A DNA stretch of 64,000 nt from Lytechinus pictus (lineage: Eukaryota): positions 17,114,001 through 17,178,000 of the forward strand of contig NC_087245.1 of NCBI RefSeq assembly GCF_037042905.1, written 5' to 3'. A program made the position numbers and the translations under genes. Under the pieces are notes generated by a model. That model was not told the origin of the DNA. It did not search any database and was given only the letters and a program-made list of their open reading frames with translations. Positions 54,001-64,000 of this stretch are shown here, one piece after another. The first letter of the stretch is position 1. Every line of letters begins with the position of its first letter.

Positions 54001-57000
54001 CCTGTTCGTTTTTTAGATGTTTTCAAGGAAGATGTTCTGCCTTTACCATGTATCCAAATTAATATCATGGATTATGATACCGTTTCACGGAATCCGTATT
54101 CCGATCGTTCAAGATTTATTTTGATTTCATTTTATGAGAGAACAATAATGTTCATCCTACGATCTGTCTGCATTCGTGCAATGACTAGGGCAAATTCACC
54201 ATGAAATAACGATCATGTTCTTGCATTGACCATTCTCCAATTCAAATCGTTGTTTGGATTTTATTGCAAACTCTTATGTTACAGTGCCTGCCATCAGACG
54301 ATATATTTCATTGATCCTATAAACAATATTAACTTGATCTTCCCCTTCTGCAGCTCTGTGACCGAGACGCCACCCATCGCTGTATCCTCACCCGCTGCAA
54401 CTAAGCCTACAGTATCCGCCCCTCAATTCTTGGACAGACCCAGCTCGGTGACAGCAGACCAAGGCAAATCCGCACGATTCAGCAGCTCAGTTTCGGGATT
54501 TCCCCTTCCCGTAGTCACGTGGGCCAAGGATGAGAAAATCCTGGAGGATGAAGGAAGATTTGAGATTTATGATGAGGGTAGAGAGTTTATCATGGAGATC
54601 TTTGATCTTCAGCCAACGGATGAGGGGTTGTATACGGTCACTGCCGAGAACTCTGCAGGCAAAGCGGCGACTGGGGCACAGCTGACCGTCAACAGTAAAT
54701 ACGTTTCCTTTCTTCGGTTTCAGTTGCCAAATCATGTGGATACCGTCTACTTTTTAAAGCTAAAGATATGTTTAGGTATCATTGAAAGTATATTGAAGTT
54801 TGGACATAGATGAATATCATATTTCGAGAATATCCAAGAATGTAAATGGAAATAATATATAATGTATACGAGAGACAGGTATTGCAACAACTTGTTAGCA
54901 TTGGACTGGCAATTCAAATGAAAAAAAGAAGTTTGTTGGTTGTTTAATGTTACTAAAAATAATGCAATCGATTACTACGTTTTTACTTTGTTTTTTTTTT
55001 AGGGACAAAAGCAGCTATTGAGCAGCCTCCTCCTCCAGCTCCTTACACGAACTCATTGTCTTATTCGGATGTCCGTCATGACGAGGCAGCATCTTCAGAA
55101 GACGTCCCGTCACTCAAGTCAGAACAACTCATCCCAGAACCCATCGCCACCAATCCTACAGCCTTCCAGCCACCGTCTAGGATCCCGCCAGAGTTCCTGG
55201 CACTACCAACCCAGAGGACAATCACTGAACCCAACTCTGCCAAGTTCAACTGCCGCGTGGTGGGTGATCCCAAGCCCACAGTTACGTGGAGTCGTAACAA
55301 TGTTGTCCTGAGTGATTCGGGGCGGTATGAGATCTATGAGGAAAAGGATGACTTCATTCTGGAGATCTTTGATACGACCACTGAGGATTCTGGTGTGTAT
55401 GTCTGCACTGCAACCAATCTGGCTGGGCAGAAGCTTGCCGAAGCCAGACTCACTGTAGAGAGTAAGTTCTTCATAGTCTCCCAAACGTAATTAACAAGTC
55501 AAAGGAAACATGTAGACATAAAAAGAACGTTGGAGAATGAGGAACATCGTAATGTTATAACTAGTTACAATAAGCTCACTGTGAGATCACTGATTACGTA
55601 TTGTCCAGTGTTGTCGTCAGTCTCTTTTGATCATGCCCGATTAAAAAAGTTGTAATGATTCATATATCCTTGATTACAGCTGACAAAATGAAGAACATAA
55701 AAAGGAAATTAGTTAAAGTTGAATTAAGAAGGGGGTGAGTTTCCATAAATATAGGTTCTACATACAATATATAGTATATATAAGTTGTTCAAACACATAG
55801 CATGTCACAATAATCCTCTGCCTTCTCGATATTTTGCTTTGAAAGTCTATGAAATTAGCCACCTGTCAGAGCCCGAGAGACGAGTGTACAGAAAAGTCAC
55901 TCGGAGTGTGACGTCACCGGGGGGAATTTAGTATAAGAGGTGCCTGAATGTCATACAGAAATGCTATGCAGAGAGAGAAAGATATTTTACAATTTTTTTT
56001 CAAAGCAACTCAAATCAAATAAATAGGACTGATATGTACAAATCTTTACTTTCCCTGTATAAAAAACAGTATGAATAACCACCATGAACTCTTCAATCAT
56101 GATGTAAGATAGCAAACAGTGAGTTATTGAATGATATTTTCACTATTTCTCATTTATTTTATCACGATGTTCAATCAAGTGAGTAGCTGGAAAGTAATTC
56201 CGGCGGCTAGCTCAGCGCGCGCTGAACGCATAATACTAGTACACACAACACCCAGGCTAGGCATTGAGTGTACTGTTATGGTCTGGTATGTCGACTTAGT
56301 TCATGGCCGTGCAGCGATCCCCTGGCGTTTTTTCTTCTTTTCTTTTGTCTTTGACTCCACTTTTATATCCTCTGGATCATTTCCACTCATAGCTCATTCC
56401 ACAGAACAATCTTGAACCAAACGTATAGTATTCTTTCTCGGCCTTCTGAGTTGTTTTCTATATTTAATTACGCTAGGGGTCACCGTCACACATACAAACG
56501 CAATTCGGAAGTGAGTTGAAGACAGAAAGATATATAGTAATTAGTATACATCTCTATGGTTGAAGACAACAAGAACGGTACGGTAGCTCGACAGCTAGCT
56601 GCGCCGGAGCGGGCGGCCGGTCGGCACAAAGCAATTCCGCAACCAACTGTGTTTTTTTGCAAGAGCCGCGTCACACGCGGATAAATATGTCATAATAACA
56701 CGTCTGCTACGTTATCGACTGGTGAGAAGATCTCGATCAAATTTTATATTATTCACCTTGAAATTATTCCTTTAGGGTCTATGGTATCACTCTGAGGGAA
56801 TTCACATATTTGGAATAATAGTACGGCCACAAATATTTTAATCATTTCCTCTTTGCAAGTTCTATGGCTCGCAGATACAACTTCAACTGCAGTTATTCCA
56901 TATGAAGGAGTACGTGCATAGTACACAAAACGGCACTGCCTTGATTACTACACCGGGACCGAATACCCCCCGGTGACGTCACACTCAAAGAACACCCGTC

Positions 57001-60000
57001 TCGGTAGGCATTGCAGGAGCGAACTCAGGGAAAATGGGTAGGGATAAATCGTTCAAATTCACTATTTTGAAAAAAGAAAATGGGGGGTCGAATCACCTAT
57101 TAGTGTTTGGGGGGTTGTAAGGTTGCTATTAATGTAAATATCTCAATATTTGGAATCGTCTTCTTAATTCAACTTTAAGAATTGATAATACACATTTTTT
57201 CATAGCGACTGGTTTACAAATAGATTATCTAATCAATGATGCTGTCAATAATGCAATTTGATTAATTTCTTTCACATAAGGTTCTGCCCCAAAGGGTACA
57301 ATACCTGAATTCATCGAGAAGATCAGCGGTACTGCCGTGGGAGACGGAGAATCCGCAAAGTTCACCTGCAAGCTTCGAGGTATACCGCCCCCTAGCGTTC
57401 ACTGGTATTATCGCAACCAGGAGATCGTCGGTAGCGATGAGGTGTATGAGCTCCACCACCAAGAAGAGACTGCATCTCTGTGTTTACCGGAAGTGTTACC
57501 GGAGGATGAAGGGGAATACTCGTGTTCGATTAAGAATGATATGGGAGAGACATCATGTAGTGCCTTCCTGAAAGTTCAAGGTATGTTCAATTTATTACAC
57601 CCCCCCCCCCAAAAAAAAGGAACTGAAGTAGTAGACAAACAGATGCTGAGTTTGCATTCGCTGGGAGACGGCAAAGGTCCAATCTTTCCTATTTCCTGCA
57701 TTTGTTTACTGGATTTTCAAAGATTTTCAAGAAGGGGTCATCTTTCTTTGTCTCTGTCTTAGAACGTACCGTCTTGGATGTTAAGTTGCTTTTATCTTGC
57801 ATCTATAAATTTTAACATTTAATCAATCGTCGTTAATCAAAGCAATCGCAACGTTTTATTTAATTATAGAAACAAAAATAAAAATGATTCAAGGAACGTG
57901 ATTCGTCCTATTGTCTAGTTGTTTTGGAGTTTTCATTTCCGTCTCTTACTTTCTCTTCTTTAGCTGCATCCCCAAAATCAACGATGCCAGAATTCGTCCA
58001 GAAGCTTAAAGACATCCAAGCCATTGACGGAAGCCCACTGTCACTGCCTGTCAGAGTCGCAGGTATTGTTACCCTTTTTGAACAACTTAATTTTCAGATG
58101 ATCTTTGTAGGTTTGCATGGTGGAGTTTATAATGTGGAGAAGGTTCACGGTTCACCATGTGTAATATGAAGAAGGGAAGGAAATACGGGCAGAAAGATTG
58201 AAATGGAAAGACGAGATAGGATGAAAAGAGAAAATTTGAAGTATTCTTTTCTTGAAAGTGAGTGAAGTCCTGAAAAGGACTGTAAACCAGATGAGATGAG
58301 CTGAATATGGCTTGAGTAGTAGCAGGTTGAAGTGAAGTGTAACTTAAATTTCATTCATGGTTTTTTCATGCACCGGGATAATTTGTTTTTCAATAAATGA
58401 TAAAATGTAGGGTATTTCAAAAGATGATGAAGCATCGTTCGATTGAATGTGTTAAAGAATTAATTTGAATCCTATTTCTACATGTGAGATTTAATTGGTT
58501 TTTTGAGAGCTACGATAACATTTGAATTTCTTCATTTGCAATAGTCCGTACAATATGATATGATTAACAACAAGTTGAAGTGTTTAGATCTAATTTCTTC
58601 AAATAGATTGAGTTGGTTCTTGTTCGGGCAGACACGGTTATCTAAAATGTACATGTAATCAGAATTTCAAAATATTCAGAAATATTATCATTTTCTAATT
58701 AAGGTTCACCTGACCCAGACGTCCAATGGTTCTTCAACAAGGAGCAAATAAAAGAAGATAGTGATTTCAAGTTTGTTCGAGATGGAGATAGGTTATCTCT
58801 GGTCATTGCTGAGGTTTATCCAGATGATGCTGGTGTCTATACGTGTAAGATCTTCAATTCGGCGGGTTCGGACGAGTGCTCTTGCAAGGTATTCGTTCAA
58901 GGTACGTTGACGTTTATGTGTACCTCATATTAAGAGTTTAGAGCGCCACCTTGCGTTTATACCGATAGTTGAAGACTAGTGAAATGACACAAATAATGAT
59001 AAGGAATAAGGAATGAAACATTAGTTAATTCTCATGAAAATATCATTAAGACTACACGACTAAATCTATAAATGAAGTAGTTATTATTTCTTAATTCGGC
59101 GAGAAATCATGTTCAACCACAAACTGGTCAGGAAGCCAGATTGAAAATAAATCAACAATATTATTTTGGGGAAAAGGTGGATTGTTTTTTTACATTCATT
59201 TCGTCATTGATATTAAGAAGGTTTTTTTATGGCAAGCAAAATATATATACATTCCCACGGAATCTAGAATCGAACGAAGCTTCTGAACTTGCAGCTCTTT
59301 ACAGCAAAACGTCAGAATTATCTGATCAGAAGGCAAAATCAAACAAAATAATATTATTATTGTCAGGGATATTTCTTTCTTATTACTTGGCAAACCCGAT
59401 TCTTAAAAAGAATTAAATCATGCGACATTTCATTAAGATTGCCTAATGTTCTGTTTATTCGACAGAGAGTGACATCGACGGTAGCCCGCCAAAGTTCGTT
59501 CAAAAGCCCCGTTCCATCAACATCGACGAAGGAAGCAGTGTTACACTTTCTTGCAAGATCGACGGCGAACCTCTTCCAACCGTTACCTGGATCAAAGATG
59601 GCCGATCTATCGAACCAGGCCGAAGATTTAAGATGGAGTCTTCAGGTATCTCCGGCACGACTCGTTCGCTGAACATCCCGACGGTTCTAGCTACCGATGC
59701 GGGTAGTTATACTTGCGTCCTGCATAATCAGTATGGAGGAGAGCAGTGCAGTGTGAACGTGGTGGTTAAACCACTGGAAGATGAACAGACCGATTTCAGA
59801 TCTCTTCTCAAATCAAGGTATCTATTTTTAATAACGCAAAAAGTGATACCATTCGAGTCGACTTAATAATTGTGGATTTACAGAATAATTCAAGGATCAG
59901 AATGCGATTGATTTTTTCTCTTAAAATCTGGTTTCATTCATGGCAAAAAACGAAATTTGTATCAACATCCATCAAATATAATACGTGATTTTGATTACTG

Positions 60001-63000
60001 AAGTGTTGACTGATATCACACTATCGAATATGGTTATTGTTTCATGTTATTGCTATTCCTTTGCCCAAAGTATATTTCATCGAATTGTTGTATAATTTCA
60101 AATAGATCGTCGAGAGATCAAACCAAAAATCTGACCAAATTTGAAATTACAAAGGCAGATCGTTTTGATGTAATGTGATATATTTTTAAGGAAGGAATGG
60201 CTATTAAAATCACTTTATTTCAGAATTATATGTATTTGGCTTTTTACCTTTTCTATCATACTCTGCAGACCTCGACTCCAGAACATCTCCAACTCACCCA
60301 ACAATGTGTCGAGCGACAAGAGCGAAGCGGAGCAGGTGGATTTCCGTCATGTATTGACACGCCATGTAAACACCAGAAAGCGTCCCGTCTTCATCAAACC
60401 GTTACAAGATATCGAGGTCGTTGAAGGCGAGTCTGTGACTTTCGAATGCCATGTCGATGCTATCCCCGAGCCGACCATCATCTGGACTGCGAATAAAAAG
60501 GAGATCAAAGAATCTAAGTACTTCCAGATGATCTATAAAGGTAAGACATGATGATTCCGTGACATCAATACACTTTCCGATTTTTTTAATCACAAGGTAG
60601 GCTCAGAATATGGACCTGTCAAAATTGTCACATGGATTACATGCAAATTTGTTTTACTCAACAGTTATATGGTTCATATTTTAACCAACATCGACTTTGT
60701 TCTGAGACTCTTCCCTTGTGTTCTGAGGATAATCCTTTTCATGATTTTAAAAACTTGTCTCGTTATGAGGTACGGTAATATTAAATGATAACAAATAGCT
60801 GTTTGTAGTTGCTAAAATATTACTATATTATGTTGGAAAGTAAAAACTTCCCTCGTATGATAGTGGTTTGTTGTCAAAAAGGTTAGTGATTCTGCCATGT
60901 AGAAGACATAAATGATCAAACTAAGTTTTACGATCATCCACCTCTAATATTTATTTTCACTGATTATGATTGTACCTGAACAATGTTGGATAACGTTGAT
61001 GATGGTTATATTAAAAGATGATAAGTTAACCCAAATTAGGCCGAGCTATTTTAGTAAATGGTAGAGCCCAAGTGGGTCTCGGTCGTCGATTGCGAAATCG
61101 CGCGCTCATATTGCTTCTGACGTAATCTACGAAACATAAGAGCAATTGTTTTAATTCGGGATTTCATTGATTATGCTAAATTTTGCATGTAATCAGAATT
61201 CTGCCCTAAATTTCAATTTTGATAATTATTTTGCTTCCTTGGGTTCACGGGTATGATGAACATACATGTAATTATGGACGTATTTCACTATATAGGCCTA
61301 CTTTGAAAGTTTAGATTATTGGTTGATTTCGAAGTTTTTGTTAAGGGACATCGATATTTGAGAATGGTATTTGAGGTTTTCTGAAAAATTAGTGCGATAG
61401 TTGAAACTGTTTATTTTGAGTTTAATAGTGGATATTGTAGGTGAGCTTGATGAGTAGGAAAAAATATTTTCACTACTTTTCTTACTGAGGCAGACCAATG
61501 TGCTTTATCGTTATGGATGGTTTTTAATTTCGTTTAAAACGCTGTAGATCTCGATGATATCTTGTTCTTTTTAATCTATTCAGTAAGTCTCTGTAGGCAA
61601 AAAGCAACCATTGCGTCTCTCTCTCTTCCTTTCTCTTCCTTTAGCATGTTTAGGGAGGTTCACATTATACAAGCTATGCTTTTGAGTGAATCTCACATTT
61701 CCACCTTTTTTCTATTTAAATTATATATTATAATCTGTCTACAAAATGCGCCATATTTTGTATATATTTTTATATGTTAATTATCATTGATGTTGAATAT
61801 AATTATAATGACAATGATTTGTATCGTTTATATTTGTTATAAATATATACAAATGATTTGTATCAATATTTATGTCATTTCTGTTGGAAATAAATTTGAA
61901 TCTGAATGATTTGATAGCAAGCCTAACTTAGGCCAAATTGATGAGATTGTTGACTGTTAATGGGTGTCGAGTCTAAAATATGTAATCATGGCAATTCATG
62001 GTTACGGATGACGATTGGACTGATTAAACACGGAGTGAAACAATGGACATGGTTTAAACATTTTAGTCCACAATACACCATCCGTTGCGACCTAATCGTC
62101 TAATAAAATGCAATAGCATTTGATATGAACATTCTAACCTACAAAATTTTAAGGATAGAAGTTCCGAATAGTGGTATCCATTTTTTCTACAAAATAACTT
62201 GTAAAACAAGTATTAAAGGATAAGATAATTCTCAGACTTGTTCAAGTAACATTCATTATCATATTGATATGATTACAATACTGTCTGTGTGACCCAGAAT
62301 ATTATTTAAATGTTTGTAATAAATTAGATTATTTTTTTAATACGGCGCCATTTTCCGCCTGCGAGAGCCCGAACTGTACCGATTCTCACAAAGTGGGTCT
62401 CTACATGATTCTACTTCCATCAGTACTCGAATTGAACTAATATGGTGATTGATTTGCAGTTGTACTTTAGCAGGTTAATCTAAGCCTGATATAGAAGAAT
62501 TAATTTAAAGGGCGTGCGATATCACAATATAGGACTGGCAGGTTGGGAACCCCGCAGGGGTGTGATTTCTCCCCCCTCGGGGAGGTAGAGGGGTGTAGCC
62601 ATGTGTGAAGCTTACACGATGTCTTTATTGGATCGCGATCAGGGGATGATTAGTCGCGCTTCAAGGCTACGCGTCATTACTTGCCGGCCTGTAAACTAAT
62701 CATCAAATCGGATCTGATTTAAAGTTCTCCTCTATCTCAATACTATGTGCATGTGAATTTGTAACTAAATGTCAATATGTCACCATACATACATGAATTA
62801 AATCTACGTTTAAAAATAGTATGTCTCCGGAGTGTCCCCATGATTCTACTTCCTTATTTTAATGTCACCATTCATCATGTCCATGACATTTTACTTTCAT
62901 TGGTAAATTTCTGCAATGTTCAACTCTTGTTTTACCAACCACATGATTTGTAGTGACCTGATTTATTTATAAATTGCTACAATGAAAGTAATTTTGTACC

Positions 63001-63987
63001 CCGCTTTCAGGTCTAAGTTGATATATGATCCACTATTACGGGTTCCCTTTTACCAAGGGGATTCAAACGAAACTGACATTTATTAAGTAATAGTGAAATG
63101 TAGATATCCATTATGGTTTGAACCTAGCAATATGAAATAGATAATCGAAACTCATGCAGATCGCATGTTTTTTTATGTTAACTGATTGTTTACTATAAAA
63201 CACAGGCTATTGGAGTCAAATCTATTTCTCCCAGGCGTCAGCTTGTTAGGACAATCTTTATGCGATTGTCTTTAATTTGTACTTTTTGTACAATGATACA
63301 GTATGCATCGACTGTCGATTGAAATATACGTTTCAAGAGTATCGAAAATAAATGACAAAACTCCTTTGAAAAGACTATGCACTATGTGAAGTCTTCTGAG
63401 TTAATGGGATTCTAAATTTCCATAGTTCTTTCTGCAGGCGGCTTGTAGAGAGAGGGATATTATTCTTCTTGACATCTCATTTCTGTATGTGAATGCAAGA
63501 GGATAAGTCTGTCTGAACCATTAATTTTATACCTTCATTTTAACTGCAAGGGAGATTGGAGATGTATATTTTCGTGTGAACTAAATTGGTACATCATTTG
63601 GAATTGCTATTGATCTATATTTCAATACGAGATCGTATATTTGATTTATGCTTTCCATTGTTAAAACTTGTAAAAGATTAATACTCCCGAATTAAAATTT
63701 TAGAAAGCGTCATTTTGTATTTGTTCAGTCATGTTACGGCAGTCGTGCGGAACAGCAATCACATCTATTCAATGGGGAAATAAAATGCGGTAAAGATATC
63801 TTTTATCATGATGATTTTAGACAAGGTGATTTTCAACTGTATCTTTTTGATGTTTTTTTTTTTTTTTTAGATGCGGTAGCAACGCTCCTCATAGCCGAAG
63901 CTTTCGCTGAGGATGAAGGTGATTATACATGTACTGCAACCAATGGAGTCGGAACAGTGTCTTGTACCGCAGAGCTGACTGTCCAAG
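17053..63987 (+). CDS. MYLK: Multi-exon MYLK/MLCK-like giant Ig-domain protein (partial; 13 exons, ~1748 aa, 9 I-set Ig domains, 2 DFRxxL motifs, MLCK CaM-binding half-motif at the start); continues beyond the window
   Basis: Exons 17053-18151, 31712-31748, 42922-44516, 52974-53267, 53786-53867, 54354-54694, 55003-55461, 57281-57580, 57964-58062, 58704-58901, 59466-59817, 60269-60540 and 63871-63987 all have AG/GT boundaries and join in one frame. Motifs NAVRAIGR, EQTDFRSLL and AEQVDFRHVL are characteristic of smooth-muscle-type MLCK. The symbol is a family-level call; the kinase domain is not seen. Confidence 0.8.
24398..25008. mobile_element. Non-autonomous DNA transposon (MITE), TTAA-flanked with AGG-type termini (Kolobok-like), copy 1
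   Basis: TTAAAGGTCGAGTCCAC...GTGGACTTGTTCTTTAA. Long imperfect inverted arms; co-linear with 32781-33383. Confidence 0.85.
25737..25879. mobile_element. Short MITE with TIR AGGGGCCGCGGAA, copy 1
   Basis: TAGGGGCCGCGGAA...TTCCGCGGCCCCTG; related copy at 38943-39085. Confidence 0.75.
26060..26094. repeat. (TA)n microsatellite
   Basis: Direct reading. Confidence 0.95.
26205..26300. repeat. (AAT)n/(AAC)n microsatellite
   Basis: Direct reading. Confidence 0.9.
27951..28100. mobile_element. Short fold-back MITE-like repeat
   Basis: Inverted arms AACTTTGCCATCCAATGTTAAC / GTTTACCATTAGGTGGCAAAGTT around an ATTGGCTGA core; a similar core occurs at ~18960-19060. Confidence 0.5.
31712..31748 (+). CDS. 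37-nt micro-exon (H)PVSNTSNHEDK(S)
   Basis: Strong acceptor ttttcttttt...ctttcacAG and consensus donor AG|GTAAGT. Phase 1 to phase 2, exactly what is needed to join 18151 (phase 1) to 42922 (phase 2). No stop codon. Not in the ORF track. Confidence 0.8.
32781..33383. mobile_element. Non-autonomous DNA transposon (MITE), TTAA-flanked (Kolobok-like), copy 2
   Basis: TTAAAGGTCAAATCCACC...GGTGGACTTGTCCTTTAA. Same internal organisation as copy 1. Confidence 0.87.
34093..34529. mobile_element. MITE-like element with 34-bp terminal inverted repeats
   Basis: CTATGTTCTGAGAACATTTGTTCTCTCATTCGAG (34093-34126) matches the reverse complement of 34496-34529 at 33/34. No clear TSD. Confidence 0.75.
35958..35998. 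repeat. (CT)n(CA)n compound microsatellite
   Basis: Direct reading. Confidence 0.9.
38943..39085. mobile_element. Short MITE, diverged copy of 25737-25879
   Basis: TAGGGGCCTTGGAAC...GGTTCCGCGCC with a similar internal sequence. Confidence 0.6.
42922..44516 (+). CDS. Large exon: ~435-aa Ser/Arg/Thr-rich low-complexity region plus Ig domain 2 (KPPSFIKKP...ALVELVVN)
   Basis: Part of ORF 42836-44524. Acceptor cttcacAG at 42920-21 (phase 2), donor G|GTAAGT at 44517 (phase 1). Confidence 0.92.
52974..53267 (+). CDS. Exon: Ig domain 3 (PPFFLQKLSD...DDDAIYTC...SAELIV)
   Basis: Acceptor ctctccacAG, donor G|GTGAGT, phase 1-1, I-set pattern. Confidence 0.93.
   Translation, partial: PSRRDLPSSFRSCPTARSTRPVLTAGFSASWTVPLPPRPAGSRKAKPFRRVTACTLSRVTTVSMHSSLMTSLKMMMPSIPALLRTSTVRCPALLSLL
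53454..53573. repeat. Adjacent perfect palindromes (34 bp at 53454-53487; 74 bp at 53500-53573)
   Basis: Base-by-base pairing checked; centres between 53470/53471 and 53536/53537. Confidence 0.95.
53786..53867 (+). CDS. 82-nt acidic linker exon (E)IDLPSKSEVDSLIDGSLHIDVDDIQP(S)
   Basis: Acceptor tctcccAG, donor AG|GTAGGT. Phase 1 to 2, bridging 53267 and 54354. Open frame; not in the ORF track. Confidence 0.85.
54354..54694 (+). CDS. Exon: Pro/Thr linker plus Ig domain 4 (APQFLDRP...GAQLTVN)
   Basis: Acceptor cccttctgcAG (phase 2), donor A|GTAAAT (phase 1). Confidence 0.9.
55003..55461 (+). CDS. Exon: Pro-rich linker plus Ig domain 5 (IPPEFLALP...EARLTVE)
   Basis: Poly-T acceptor AG at 55001-02, donor A|GTAAGT, phase 1-1. 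Confidence 0.92.
55871..57010. mobile_element. ~1.1-kb inverted-repeat-bounded element (probable DNA-transposon derivative)
   Basis: 21/21 inverted match GAGTGTGACGTCACCGGGGGG (55904-55924 vs 56966-56986), plus outer GAGACGAGTGT / ACACCCGTCTC. Exact ends uncertain. Confidence 0.7.
57281..57580 (+). CDS. Exon: Ig domain 6 (TIPEFIEK...EVLPEDEGEYSC...AFLKVQ)
   Basis: Acceptor ttcacataAG, donor G|GTATGT, phase 1-1. Confidence 0.9.
57964..58062 (+). CDS. Exon: N-terminal half of Ig domain 7 (TMPEFVQKLKDIQAIDGSPLSLPVRVA)
   Basis: Acceptor tctcttctttAG, donor G|GTATTG, phase 1-1. Confidence 0.88.
58704..58901 (+). CDS. Exon: C-terminal half of Ig domain 7 (GSPDPDVQWFFN...EVYPDDAGVYTC...KVFVQ)
   Basis: Translated by hand (absent from the ORF track). 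Acceptor ctaattaAG, donor G|GTACGT. Completes the I-set domain. Confidence 0.92.
59466..59817 (+). CDS. Exon: Ig domain 8 (SPPKFVQKP...CSVNVVV) plus first DFRxxL motif (DFRSLL, 59792-59809)
   Basis: Acceptor ttattcgacAG (phase 1), donor AG|GTATCT (phase 2). Confidence 0.9.
60269..60540 (+). CDS. Exon: second DFRxxL motif (DFRHVL, 60339-60356) plus N-terminal part of Ig domain 9
   Basis: Acceptor ctctgcAG (phase 2), donor G|GTAAGA (phase 1). Confidence 0.92.
63871..63987 (+). CDS. Exon: C-terminal part of Ig domain 9 (DAVATLLIAEAFAEDEGDYTCTATNGVGTVSCTAELTVQ)
   Basis: Poly-T acceptor, donor G|GTAATG. Translated by hand; the gene continues past the window end. Confidence 0.92.
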
Positions 63988-64000
63988 GTAATGTTTATAA

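Noticed and set aside
61026..61945. Possible second piggyBac-like MITE starting TTAA|CCC
   Set aside because: The right terminus could not be defined, so it is not listed as a feature.
1..64000. CRISPR arrays, operons or prokaryotic defence systems
   Set aside because: The sequence is a spliceosomal-intron-containing animal locus, and no regularly spaced repeat-spacer structure was seen.

Overview
AT-rich animal genomic DNA, not prokaryotic; the repeat content and composition suggest an invertebrate deuterostome such as a sea urchin (inference only). The window is almost entirely one large, intron-rich + strand gene of the myosin light chain kinase (MYLK/MLCK)-like Ig superfamily. I assembled 13 phase-compatible GT-AG exons by hand (17053-63987, 5245 nt, about 1748 codons, open at the 3' end). 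They encode: an MLCK calmodulin-binding half-motif (RTANAVRAIGRM), a Ser-rich linker, eight I-set Ig domains with a long Ser/Arg-rich insert, two DFRxxL actin-binding motifs, and a ninth Ig domain. No kinase or Fn3 domain lies in the window. The domain order is the striking point: the segment that ends vertebrate smooth-muscle MLCK (CaM site plus telokin-like region) comes before the Ig array and DFRxxL motifs that normally precede the kinase. Two candidate micro first exons (MK, MKK) could splice in frame to it. The introns carry a tRNA-derived SINE, several MITE families, microsatellites and a 74-bp perfect palindrome. Most short ORFs in the supplied track are spurious.
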